Positions 30,624 to 39,605 of a stretch of DNA of 49,223 bases are shown in pieces. The DNA is from Acidobacteriota bacterium (GTDB lineage Bacteria; Acidobacteriota; Thermoanaerobaculia; Gp7-AA8): assembly GCA_046723495.1 (NCBI GenBank), contig JBKOUP010000243.1:1-49223 (forward strand). The letters run 5' to 3'. The notes beneath the pieces are model-generated. The model made no database searches. It was not told the origin of the DNA and was given only the letters and a program-made list of their open reading frames with translations. Every line of letters begins with the position of its first letter. Positions within the stretch are counted from its first letter, which is position 1. The position numbers and the translations under genes are program-made.

Positions 30624-30812
30624 ATGCGTAAGCTCACCGTCGTTTTCTTTGCCCTTTTCGTCACCGTCAGTGCCTTCGCTGCTCCACCGAACGACTCTGC
30701 TGACCGCGGCAAGCAGAATCCGATTATGCGGATCATTCAGAAGATCAAGCTCATCGTTCGCGCTCTCGACGATGGCGGTCCGATCGCGCCGATTCCGCTG
30801 ATTCCGCAATAA
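30624..30812 (+). CDS. Small secreted peptide (62-aa precursor, ~43-aa mature amphipathic/Pro-rich peptide)
   Basis: Strong SD AAAGGAGAA 7 nt before the ATG. Signal peptide MRKLTVVFFALFVTVSAFA|A. Mature part contains an amphipathic IMRIIQKIKLIVRAL segment and a GGPIAPIPLIPQ tail. Followed by its own hairpin. Confidence 0.6.
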   Translation: MRKLTVVFFALFVTVSAFAAPPNDSADRGKQNPIMRIIQKIKLIVRALDDGGPIAPIPLIPQ

Positions 30813-30815
30813 CGT

Positions 30816-30850
30816 GCGACGCCTCGGCCCGCGGCGTCGCGGGTCGAGGC
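30816..30850 (+). terminator. Hairpin(s) after the small peptide gene; two mutually exclusive foldings
   Basis: 12-bp stem 30821-30832 / 30839-30850 (one G-U) with loop ggcgtc. The alternative is an 8-bp stem 30816-30823 / 30833-30840. A T-rich stretch (cttctcgatttt) follows. Confidence 0.5.
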
Positions 30851-30932
30851 ATGCTTCTCGATTTTCCGGCACCTGTCGCCAACCTTCTTCCGTCGCCGAC
30901 GTATGATCCGGCAACGATAGGAGGAGCTTTGC

Positions 30933-33900
30933 ATGCGTCGAGCGCTGCTCGGAATCGCTACGATCGTCCTTTTCTCTGCCCAGACCACTGCCCCACCCAC
31001 CGCTGAAGAGATCGTCGCGCGCTACATCCAGCGCGTCGGCGGGATGCAGCGCATCCAGGCCGTCAAGACCCTGCGCCGCACGGGCAAGTTCATCGGCGGC
31101 GGCGGCTTCGAGGCCGACGTGCTGCAGGAGAACAAGCGCCCGGCCATGGTCCGGCAGGAATTCATCATTCAGGGCATGTCCGGCATCAATGCCTACGACG
31201 GCAAGAGCGGCTGGAAGATCGATCCGTTCGGCGGCAAGAAAGACCCCGAGGCGCTGGGCGAGGACGAGATGAAGGACATCGTCGAGGCCGCCGACTTCGA
31301 CGGCCCGCTCGTCAACTATCAGGCCAAGGGCAACAAGGTCGAGTACGCCGGCACCGAGCCGGTCGAAGGCACCGACACCTACAAGCTCAAGGTCACGATG
31401 GCGGACGGCGAGGTCCGCAACTTCTTCATGGATACCGAATACTTCGTCCCGATCAAGATCGAGACGAAGCGCGTCATCCGCGGCGCCGAGCGCGAGACCG
31501 AGACGATCCTCGGCGACTACAAGAGCGTCGACGGCTGGTACATCCCCTACTCGCAGGAGTTCGGACGCAAGGGCAGCCCTTTCCGGCAGAAGATCAACAT
31601 CAGCAAGATCGAGGCGAACGTCCCGATCGCCAACGCCCGTTTCTACATGCCGGGGACGAAGGTGCCGGAGTCGCCGGCGATGCCCGACGCCTCGGAGACC
31701 GCGGCCGCGAAGGCCGCCGCCGAGCCCGCGCAGCCCGTGACCGCGGGCGAGTCGGCGCCGGTCACGCCCGCGCCCGCGTCGAACCGCGCCGTCACCGTCG
31801 ACTCCGAGACCATCTCCGGCCTCGGCGCACGCAACATCGGCTCCGCGGCCATGAGCGGCCGCATCGCCGCCATCGACGCCGTCCACGAAGGGCAGCGCCT
31901 CACCGTCTACGTCGGCGCGGCCAGCGGCGGCGTCTGGAAGTCGGTCAACGGCGGCACCACATACAAGCCGGTCTTCGACAAGCAGCCGGTGCAGTCGATC
32001 GGCGCCATCACCATCGATCCGAAGAATCCGAAAACCGTCTGGGTCGGCACCGGCGAGGCCTGGACGCGCAACAGCACCTCGGTCGGCGACGGCATCTACA
32101 AGTCGACCGACGGCGGCGACAACTGGACGAACCTCGGCCTCAAAGACTCCGAGCGCATCGCCAAGATCCTCGTCGATCCGAGCGACACCAACACCGTTTA
32201 CGCCTGCGTGCCCGGCCGGCTCTGGAGCGACAGCGACGAGCGCGGCGTCTACAAAACGACCGACGGCGGCAAGAGCTGGACGAAGGTTCTCAAGGGCTCG
32301 AACCTCTCCACCGGCTGCTCGATGATGACGATGGACCGCGCCAACCCGAAGACGATCTACGCCGGCCTGTGGGACTTCCGCCGCAAGGGCTGGACCTTCC
32401 GCTCCGGCGGCGACGGCCCGAACGCGCCGAGCGGCAGCGGCCTCTGGAAGTCGACCGACGGCGGCACGAACTGGATCGAGATTTCGTCCGCGACCGGACT
32501 CCCGTCGAAGCCGTGGGGCCGCGTGGCCGTGACCGTGGCGCCGTCGAACCCGAACATCGTCTACGCCTTCATCGAAGCCGAGCCGCCGAAAAACGGCCTC
32601 TATCGCTCCGACGACGGCGGCAAGACCTGGCAGGCCCGCGACCGCAGCCAGAACATGATCTGGCGCCCGTTCTACTTCGCGAACCTCATCGTCGATCCGA
32701 AGAACCCCGACAAGGTCTACAAGCCGGACGGCGGCCTCATCGCCTCGAACGACGGCGGCAAGAGCTTCACCGGCATTGCCGGCGGCGCGCACGGCGACTT
32801 CCACGACCTCTGGATCGATCCGATGAACACCGACCACATGATCGTGGGCGACGACGGCGGCGTCTGGTACTCGTACGACGGCGGCAACCGCTGGTGGAAG
32901 GCCGACAACCTGCCGGTCTCGCAGTTCTACCACGTCAGCGTCGACATGGACCGCCCCTACCACGTCTACGGCGGCCTGCAGGACAACAGCTCCTGGGTCG
33001 GCGACTCGCAGTACCCCGGCGGCATCACCAGCTCGCGCTGGGAGAACATGTTCGGCGGCGACGGCTTCTGGATGTTCGTCGACCCGACCGATCCCACCTA
33101 CATCTACGCCGAGGCGCAGGGCGGCTACATCGGCCGCATCAATCGCAAGACGCATGAGTCGCGCGACCTCCGGCCGGTGCCGAACTACAAGGAGTCGAAG
33201 CTCCGCTACAACTGGAACACGCCGATTCACGTCAGCCCCACCGGCGCCGTCTACCTCGGCTCGCAGTACCTCTGGCGCACGAAGGACCACGGGCAGACGT
33301 GGCAGAAGATCTCGCCCGACCTGACCACGAACGATCCGGAGAAGCAAAAGCAGGAGCAGTCGGGCGGCGTCACGGTCGACAACTCCTCGGCCGAGATGCA
33401 CACGACGATCTACGCCATCGCCGAGTCGCCGAAGAATCCGGCCGTGATCTGGGCCGGCACCGACGACGGCAACGTGCAGGTCACGCGCGACGACGGCAAG
33501 ACCTGGACGAACGTCGTCGCGAACATCCAAGGCCTGCCGAAGAACGCCTGGGTGTCGTACATCGACGCCGGGCACTTCGACGAAGGAACGGCCTACGCGA
33601 CGTTCGACGTGCACTCGTTCGGCGACATGAAGCCGTACGCGTACCGCACGATGGACTTCGGCAAGACGTGGACGCCGCTGATCGCGTCGGACGCGCCGGT
33701 GCGCGGCTACGCGCACGTCATCCGCGAGGACCTCGTCAACAAAGACCTCCTCTTCCTCGGCACGGAGCTCGGGCTGTGGATCTCGCTCGACGGCGGCAAT
33801 CACTGGGCCCAGTACAAGGGCGGCGACCTGCCGAACGTGGCCGTGCGCGACCTGGCCATTCATCCGCGCGACAACGATCTCATCATCGCCACGCACGGCC

Positions 33901-34811
33901 GCGGGATCTGGATCGTCGACGACATCACGCCGTTGCGCGCGCTCACGCCCGACGTGCTGAGCAAGGACGCGGTGTTCCTGCAAAGCACGCCGGCCGTGCA
34001 GCGCATCCTGGCGCAAGGAGGCTGGGTCAACGGCGACGCGGCCTTCGAGGGACCGAACCCGCCGGGCGACGCGGTGATCACGTACTACCAGCGCCGCCGC
34101 CACGTCTTCGGCGACCTGACGATGGACGTGACGGACGCCAGCGGCAAGGTGGTCGGCACGATCCCGAGCAGCAAGCGCCGCGGCCTCTCGCGCGTGACGT
34201 GGTCGATGCGCCTGAAGGCGCCGACGGTGCCGCCCGCGGCCTCGGCGGCGTTCGGCGCGGCGTTCGGCCCGCGCGTGCTCCCCGGCACGTACACGGTGCG
34301 CCTGACGAAGGACGCGAACGTCTACACGACGCCGCTGCAGATCACGATGGATCCGCGCACCACGCACACGATGGAGGACCGCAAGGCGCAGTTCGATCTG
34401 GCCATGAAGCTGTACGGAAGCCTCGCGGAGATGAACGCCGCGGTGAACCGCATCAACGGCGTGCGCCTCGCGCTCGACGACCGCGCCGCGAAGCTGCCGG
34501 CCAACGACGCGCTGGTGAAGAAGCTGCGCGCGGCGTCGGAGCAGGTCGACGAGCTGCGCAGGAAAATCGTGGCCACGAAGGAAGGGGGCATGATCACCGG
34601 CGAGGAGCGCCTGCGCGAGTACCTCACGGAGCTGTACGGCAACGTCGTGTTCTACGAGGGACGCCCGGCCGACATGCACGTCATGCGCGCCGAGGCGCTG
34701 GAGAAGGAGCTCGCGGACGTGGTGAAGGCCTTCGACGCGTGGGCGGCGAAGGAGCTCCCGGCGATCAACAGCGCGCTGGCGAAGAAGAAGCTCGAGCCGA
34801 TCAAGATGTAG
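30933..34811 (+). CDS. Secreted LolA-like N-terminal domain fused to a sortilin/VPS10-type BNR (Asp-box) double beta-propeller
   Basis: SD AGGAGGAG. Signal peptide. First ~240 aa resemble outer-membrane lipoprotein-sorting (LolA-like) proteins. An Ala/Pro linker follows, then at least 11 Asp-box repeats (KSVNGGTTY, KSTDGGDNW, KTTDGGKSW, KSTDGGTNW, RSDDGGKTW, TRDDGKTW...). Confidence 0.85.
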   Translation: MRRALLGIATIVLFSAQTTAPPTAEEIVARYIQRVGGMQRIQAVKTLRRTGKFIGGGGFEADVLQENKRPAMVRQEFIIQGMSGINAYDGKSGWKIDPFGGKKDPEALGEDEMKDIVEAADFDGPLVNYQAKGNKVEYAGTEPVEGTDTYKLKVTMADGEVRNFFMDTEYFVPIKIETKRVIRGAERETETILGDYKSVDGWYIPYSQEFGRKGSPFRQKINISKIEANVPIANARFYMPGTKVPESPAMPDASETAAAKAAAEPAQPVTAGESAPVTPAPASNRAVTVDSETISGLGARNIGSAAMSGRIAAIDAVHEGQRLTVYVGAASGGVWKSVNGGTTYKPVFDKQPVQSIGAITIDPKNPKTVWVGTGEAWTRNSTSVGDGIYKSTDGGDNWTNLGLKDSERIAKILVDPSDTNTVYACVPGRLWSDSDERGVYKTTDGGKSWTKVLKGSNLSTGCSMMTMDRANPKTIYAGLWDFRRKGWTFRSGGDGPNAPSGSGLWKSTDGGTNWIEISSATGLPSKPWGRVAVTVAPSNPNIVYAFIEAEPPKNGLYRSDDGGKTWQARDRSQNMIWRPFYFANLIVDPKNPDKVYKPDGGLIASNDGGKSFTGIAGGAHGDFHDLWIDPMNTDHMIVGDDGGVWYSYDGGNRWWKADNLPVSQFYHVSVDMDRPYHVYGGLQDNSSWVGDSQYPGGITSSRWENMFGGDGFWMFVDPTDPTYIYAEAQGGYIGRINRKTHESRDLRPVPNYKESKLRYNWNTPIHVSPTGAVYLGSQYLWRTKDHGQTWQKISPDLTTNDPEKQKQEQSGGVTVDNSSAEMHTTIYAIAESPKNPAVIWAGTDDGNVQVTRDDGKTWTNVVANIQGLPKNAWVSYIDAGHFDEGTAYATFDVHSFGDMKPYAYRTMDFGKTWTPLIASDAPVRGYAHVIREDLVNKDLLFLGTELGLWISLDGGNHWAQYKGGDLPNVAVRDLAIHPRDNDLIIATHGRGIWIVDDITPLRALTPDVLSKDAVFLQSTPAVQRILAQGGWVNGDAAFEGPNPPGDAVITYYQRRRHVFGDLTMDVTDASGKVVGTIPSSKRRGLSRVTWSMRLKAPTVPPAASAAFGAAFGPRVLPGTYTVRLTKDANVYTTPLQITMDPRTTHTMEDRKAQFDLAMKLYGSLAEMNAAVNRINGVRLALDDRAAKLPANDALVKKLRAASEQVDELRRKIVATKEGGMITGEERLREYLTELYGNVVFYEGRPADMHVMRAEALEKELADVVKAFDAWAAKELPAINSALAKKKLEPIKM

Positions 34812-34815
34812 AGCA

Positions 34816-34866
34816 CACGGGGCACAGGACACGGGACACAGGCCACCGCCCTGTGTTCCGTGTCCT
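34816..34866. repeat. Heptamer-built inverted repeat between convergent genes (CACRGGN x4; 17-bp stem)
   Basis: Units CACGGGG, CACAGGA, CACGGGA and CACAGGC span 34816-34843. The stem pairs 34826-34842 with 34850-34866 (one G-U), loop ccaccgc. The right arm overlaps the stop codon (34865-34867) of the minus-strand gene. Confidence 0.85.
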
Positions 34867-35593
34867 ATCGGACGGCGACGCTCGTCGCCGTCCACTGACT
34901 GAAGTTCTGGCCGAATCCCGAGCCGCTCTGCTCCTGGCGATGCTGCACGGCCACGAGGCGGTCGGCCGCGCGCGTGTACGTCCACGTCTCGTGGAACTTC
35001 TGCTCGAAGGTCATGAGGAGGAACTTGGCCTTCACCGTCCCGCGGATCTCCGCGCTGAGCGGGACGTTCTCGGCGTCGGCGGTGACGACGAGGGTCATCT
35101 CCGCGCTCTTGATGTGCTTGGCCTCGGCCTTCGACATCTTCGGCTGAACGGCGAACGTCAGCTGCCGCGCCGGCCGGCCGCCGACGGCGATGCGCTGGTC
35201 TTTCTGCAGCGTGGCGTTCATGAGCCGGCGCGCCAGCGCGCTCCCGCCGTCGAGCAGAGCCACGAGCTCCGGCGCGTCGATGCTGCGCAGGGCCATGGCG
35301 GTCGGCGCGGGCTTCTCGGGATCGGCCTCGGCGGCGCGCGTCTCCGCCTGCGCGCGGGCCACGACGTCGTTCCCATACACGACGCGCAGCCCCTCGGCGC
35401 CGGCCTCGACGTCGACCGAGGCCTTGCCGTGCTCCGGGATCTTGCTCTCGTCGTTCTCCTGATGCTTTTCCAGCGTGACGGAGGCGCGGATCGGCGACTG
35501 CGCCGGAAACTTCGCCAGCACCGCGCGGAGGTCGGCGAGGCCGTCCGCGCGCGCGGCCGTCGCCGCGAACAGAAGGATCATCCAGCGCTTCAT
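34865..35593 (-). CDS. Secreted protein of unknown function (last gene of the efflux-like operon)
   Basis: ATG 35593 overlaps the upstream stop (ATGA). Signal peptide MKRWMILLFAATAARA. 242 aa, mixed beta-rich sequence. A LolA-like fold is only a guess. Confidence 0.6.
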   Translation of the reverse strand: MKRWMILLFAATAARADGLADLRAVLAKFPAQSPIRASVTLEKHQENDESKIPEHGKASVDVEAGAEGLRVVYGNDVVARAQAETRAAEADPEKPAPTAMALRSIDAPELVALLDGGSALARRLMNATLQKDQRIAVGGRPARQLTFAVQPKMSKAEAKHIKSAEMTLVVTADAENVPLSAEIRGTVKAKFLLMTFEQKFHETWTYTRAADRLVAVQHRQEQSGSGFGQNFSQWTATSVAVR

Positions 35594-36039
35594 CGCGTCT
35601 TCACCTCGTGCGTGGCGGCGTCGACATGCCAGGTGCCGAGCCGCGTGTGGTTGCAGGAGTTGACGGCGCTCAGCTCGTAAAGGTTTCCCTTCTTCCCGTG
35701 GCTGATGATGGCCACGCAGTCGTTGGCGATGCCGCGCGCGGCGAGCGTGCGCCGCAGCGACCGCACCGCCTCGGCCTCCTCCACGTTCCCGCCCGGACGG
35801 TCGCGCACGACGTGCACCGGCAGCGGCTTCGGCTTCGCCGGTGCCGGTTTCGCGCGCTGCTGCATGAGCCAGAACGCGCCGGCCGCGAGCGCGACGACGA
35901 TGATGACCGCGATCAGCGGCCACAGCACGCGCCGCGGCGGGGCGGGCGGCTTGGGCGGCTCATCGAGCGCGTAGACCCCGCAGTTGGGACAGGAGGTGAC
36001 GCCATGGGGAATTCGGGTATCGCAGTTAGTGCAGCGCAT
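35590..36039 (-). CDS. Zinc-ribbon / single-TM membrane protein
   Basis: MRCTNCDTRIPHGVTSCPNCG (CxxC...CxxC), a Pro-rich linker, TM LWPLIAVIIVVALAAGAFWLM, and an ~80-aa extracytoplasmic domain. Overlaps the lhgO end by 14 nt. Confidence 0.6.
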   Translation of the reverse strand: MRCTNCDTRIPHGVTSCPNCGVYALDEPPKPPAPPRRVLWPLIAVIIVVALAAGAFWLMQQRAKPAPAKPKPLPVHVVRDRPGGNVEEAEAVRSLRRTLAARGIANDCVAIISHGKKGNLYELSAVNSCNHTRLGTWHVDAATHEVKTR

Positions 36040-37135
36040 CGGCGATCTCCTCGGCGATTGCCAGCGACGCCGTGGCTGCCGGCGAGGGGGCGTTGAGCAC
36101 GTGCAGGGCGCCGTCGCGCTGCACGATCGCGAAATCATCGACCAGCGCGCCGTCGCGCGCCAGCGCCTGGGCGCGCACGCCGGCAGGTGCGGGCACGAGA
36201 TCATCCTCCTCGATCGCCGGCACGAGCGATTGCAGCGCGCGCAGGAAGGCGCGCTTGCTCAGCGAGCGCGCCACCTCGCCCGCCGCGGTGCGCCACACTC
36301 GCGCGATGAGGCGCCAGAAGCCGGGATACGCCAGCGTCTCGGCAACGTCGCGCACGTTCACGTCGCGCCAGCGGTAGCCCTCGCGCGCGAGGGCCAGCAC
36401 GGCGTTCGGGCCGGCCTCGAGACCGCCGTCGATCGTTCGTGTGAAGTGCACGCCGAGGAACGGGAAGCGCGGGTCGGGCACGGGATACAAGAGCCCGCGG
36501 ACGAGATCGGGGCGACGCACCGCGTAGTACTCGCCGCGGAAGGGGACGATTTTCATCTCGTGCGCGTGCGCGAGGCGATCGGAGTGCAGGCCGGCACAGA
36601 AGACGACGCGGTCGAAGCCCGCGGGCGGGCTGGTAATGCGCCGGCCGCGCACGATCGTGCCGCCGGCGGACTCGATGCGCCGCGCCAGCGCTTCGGCGAC
36701 AGCGTGGTAGTCGACGATCGCCGCCGTCGGCACGTGCAGCGCGCGGATGCCCGCGGCGTGAGGCTCGATTTCGTCGAAGCGGTCGAGCAGCGCCAGGCGC
36801 GGCACGCCGTTCGCGACGCCGCGGCGGTGCAGTTCGTCGAGCATCGGCAGTTCCTCGGCCGAGCGGGCCACGATCAGCTTTCCGCACTCGCGCCACGGGA
36901 CGCCGTGCTCGTCGCAGAATTGCCGCAGCATCGCCCCGCCGCGCACGCACAACCGCGCCTTCGCGCTCCCCGGCTTATAGTAGACGCCGGAGTGGATCAC
37001 GCCGCTGTTGTGGCCCGTCTGGTGCGCGGCGAGCGTCGATTCTTTCTCGAACAGCGTGACCGAGGCGCCGCGCCGGATCAGCTCATGCGCCGTGGCGAGG
37101 CCGACGATGCCGCCGCCGACGACTGCCGCCTTCAT
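36026..37135 (-). CDS. lhgO: FAD-dependent L-2-hydroxyglutarate oxidase/dehydrogenase-like enzyme
   Basis: MKAAVVGGGIVGLATA (GxGxxG), HQTGHNSGVIHSGVYYKPGS, FRGEYY, DPRFPFLGVHFT and NAPSPAATASL are LhgO-type blocks. Confidence 0.85.
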   Translation of the reverse strand: MKAAVVGGGIVGLATAHELIRRGASVTLFEKESTLAAHQTGHNSGVIHSGVYYKPGSAKARLCVRGGAMLRQFCDEHGVPWRECGKLIVARSAEELPMLDELHRRGVANGVPRLALLDRFDEIEPHAAGIRALHVPTAAIVDYHAVAEALARRIESAGGTIVRGRRITSPPAGFDRVVFCAGLHSDRLAHAHEMKIVPFRGEYYAVRRPDLVRGLLYPVPDPRFPFLGVHFTRTIDGGLEAGPNAVLALAREGYRWRDVNVRDVAETLAYPGFWRLIARVWRTAAGEVARSLSKRAFLRALQSLVPAIEEDDLVPAPAGVRAQALARDGALVDDFAIVQRDGALHVLNAPSPAATASLAIAEEIADALH

Positions 37136-38358
37136 TCGTAGCGCAGCGCCTCGATCGGGTGCAGCTGCGCGGCCTTCCAGGCCGGGAACCAGCCGAAGCC
37201 GATGCCGATCAGCGAGCAGACGATCAGCCCCGTCACCGTCCAGAACCAGGGGAAGACCATCGGGATCTCCAGCCAGATGGCGATGCCGTTGCCCCCGGCG
37301 ACGCCGCTGATGATGCCGGCCAAGCCGCCCATCTCCGACAAGACGATGGCCTCGAGGAGGAACTGCCGCACGATGTCCTTCTTGCGGGCGCCGATGGCCT
37401 TGCGCAGGCCGATCTCGCGCGTCCGCTCCGTCACGCTCACCAGCATGATGTTCATGATGCCGATGCCGGCGGCGAGCAGCGCGATCGCGCTCACCACCAG
37501 CGCGCCGGCGCTGATTACGTCGGCGACCGAGTGGAACGCGGCGACGAGGGTGTCGTTCGAATAGATCTCGAAATCGTTGTCCTGCCCGAGCTTCAGCCCA
37601 CGCGCCACGCGCATCGCGGTGATGGCCTTGTCGAAGGTCTGGTTGTAGGTCGCCTGCGACGTCGCCTGGATGGCGATGTTGACGGTGCGGTTCACCCAGC
37701 CGAAGTCGTTGAAGTACCTCGTGATCGGCACGAGCATGTTGCTGTCGTCGCTCTGGCCGAAGGCCTGCCCCTTCTCGCCGAGCACGCCGATGATTTGATA
37801 TGGCTTGTCGTTGATCTTGATGGTCTTCCCGAGCGGCGTCTCGTTCGGGAAGAGCGACTTCTCGATGCGCTTGCCGACCACGACCACCGAGCGCGCCAGC
37901 TCGACGTCCTCGGGCGACAGGTTGCGCCCGTAGCCGATGGTGAAGGAGTTCGCGATCAGGAAGTTCTCGTTCGTCCCGATCAGCGTCAGCCCCTGGATCT
38001 TCTTCCGGTCGTACGAGGCCGGCTTGCCGCCGTCGAAGACCTTGAAGCAGATCGCGTTGGCCTGCCCTTCCATCAGCCGCTTGAACTCGTTCGCCTCGGC
38101 CAGGGAGATGTTGCGCCGGTTCGCGTACTTCTGGTTGTCGTTGCCGTTGCTCATCACCGGGTACTTCGCGAACTGGAAGAGGTTGCTGCCGAGGAAGCTG
38201 AGGCCGTTCTCGATCGACACCTGGATCACGCTGAGCGCCGTCATCACGCCGATGACGGAGAAGACGCCGATGGCCACGCCGAGCATGGTCAGGAGCGAAC
38301 GAAGCTTGTTCGTTCGCAACGCGTTCAATGCCATGCGGATGATCTCGCCGCCGCCCAT
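37132..38358 (-). CDS. MacB/FtsX-type ABC transporter permease (no fused ATPase), paralog B
   Basis: ALNALRTNKLRSLLTMLGVAIGVFSVIGV N-terminus, a large periplasmic domain, and C-terminal FtsX helices with the TERTREIGLRKAIGARK loop. Confidence 0.85.
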   Translation of the reverse strand: MGGGEIIRMALNALRTNKLRSLLTMLGVAIGVFSVIGVMTALSVIQVSIENGLSFLGSNLFQFAKYPVMSNGNDNQKYANRRNISLAEANEFKRLMEGQANAICFKVFDGGKPASYDRKKIQGLTLIGTNENFLIANSFTIGYGRNLSPEDVELARSVVVVGKRIEKSLFPNETPLGKTIKINDKPYQIIGVLGEKGQAFGQSDDSNMLVPITRYFNDFGWVNRTVNIAIQATSQATYNQTFDKAITAMRVARGLKLGQDNDFEIYSNDTLVAAFHSVADVISAGALVVSAIALLAAGIGIMNIMLVSVTERTREIGLRKAIGARKKDIVRQFLLEAIVLSEMGGLAGIISGVAGGNGIAIWLEIPMVFPWFWTVTGLIVCSLIGIGFGWFPAWKAAQLHPIEALRYE

Positions 38359-39599
38359 TACTCGTACCTCAGCGCTTCGATGGGATCCAACCGCGACGCG
38401 CTCACCGCCGGCGCGAGACCCGAAAAAATCCCGGTGATCGTCGAGACGAGCAGCCCGGTCACGATCAGGCCGACCGAGAACTGCATCGGGAACTTCGGCA
38501 TGGCCGCGGCCACGGCCGCGGAGATGGCCCAGCAGAGGACGATGCCGGCCACGCCGCCGACGAGGCAGATCGACACCGCCTCGACGAGGAACTGCAGCAG
38601 GATCGTGCGCCGCCGCGCGCCGAGGGCCTTGCGCGTGCCGATCTCACGGGTGCGCTCCTTCACGCTGACGTAGGTGATGTTCATGATTCCGATCGCGCCG
38701 ACGAAGAGCGCCAGCCCGGTCACGAAGAGGCCGGCCATGGCGATACCGCGCTTGATCGGATCGAGCGTCGTGCGCACCGCGTCCTGCGCGTTGACCGAGA
38801 AGTCGTCCACCTGTTCCGGCGCCAGACCGCGGACGCGACGCATGTCGCCGATCACTTCGCCGCGTGCCGCCTCCATGCGGTTCTTGTCCTTCATCTTCAC
38901 GCGGATCGACGTATCGAGACGCGAGCTGAAGACTTTCTGGAACGCCGCCAGCGGCACGACCGCGTACGTGTCGAAGCTGAAGAGGCCGAGGAAGGAGCCC
39001 TGCTTCGTGTAGACGCCGACGACGCGGAAGGGATTGCCGTCGATGCGCACGGTCTTGCCGAGCGCGCTCTGGTTCGGGAACAAGACCTCGGCCACGTCGT
39101 AGCCGAGGACGCAGACGTTCGCGCCGCCGCGCGACTCCGTCTCCGTGAAGAAGCGCCCCTCCGTGAACGAGGCCGTGGACGTCTGCGGGAACTCCGACGT
39201 CGTTCCCTGCGTGAAGACGCCGCGCACCTCATTGTCGCCGTAGCGGATGCTGCGGACCGTGTTCAGCGTCGGTACCGCGGTGATGAGCTCCGAGTTCGGC
39301 CGCGCCGTGATCAGGCGCTTCAGCTCGTCCGCGTAGCGCGCTTCCATGCGCCGGCGGTTGCGGTAGTTCCACCAGTCGTCGACGTGATGCCACGGCCACT
39401 TCTCGACGTAGAAAACGTCGTCGCCGATGACGGCCAGGCTGCGCTCGAACCCGATCTCGATCCCCGAGATCGCCGAGCCCATGAGCGTCACCGCGACGAT
39501 GCCGATGATCACGCCGAGGGCCGTCAGGACCGAGCGCATCTTGTGCGCGCGGATGACCTGAAAGGCGATGCGGAAGGATTCGGAGATTTCGTAAAGCAT
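38358..39599 (-). CDS. MacB/FtsX-type ABC transporter permease (no fused ATPase), paralog A
   Basis: IAFQVIRAHKMRSVLTALGVIIGIVAVTLM N-terminus, a periplasmic domain, and the KERTREIGTRKALGARR loop. TAATG overlap with paralog B. Confidence 0.85.
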   Translation of the reverse strand: MLYEISESFRIAFQVIRAHKMRSVLTALGVIIGIVAVTLMGSAISGIEIGFERSLAVIGDDVFYVEKWPWHHVDDWWNYRNRRRMEARYADELKRLITARPNSELITAVPTLNTVRSIRYGDNEVRGVFTQGTTSEFPQTSTASFTEGRFFTETESRGGANVCVLGYDVAEVLFPNQSALGKTVRIDGNPFRVVGVYTKQGSFLGLFSFDTYAVVPLAAFQKVFSSRLDTSIRVKMKDKNRMEAARGEVIGDMRRVRGLAPEQVDDFSVNAQDAVRTTLDPIKRGIAMAGLFVTGLALFVGAIGIMNITYVSVKERTREIGTRKALGARRRTILLQFLVEAVSICLVGGVAGIVLCWAISAAVAAAMPKFPMQFSVGLIVTGLLVSTITGIFSGLAPAVSASRLDPIEALRYE

Positions 39600-39605
39600 G
39601 GCGAA

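Noticed and set aside
30471-34985. 1504-aa minus-strand ORF, the longest in the track, antisense to the BNR gene. Similar long antisense ORFs occur at 44200-47439, 45335-47917, 5969-7456, 2512-4029, 13050-15014 and 17610-19187.
   Set aside because: Their translations are Arg/Ala/Gly/Asp/Val-rich low-complexity strings with no motifs. The opposite strand encodes clean, motif-rich proteins (Asp-box repeats, Lhr helicase motifs, LigA and others). These are typical stop-poor shadow frames of high-GC genes.
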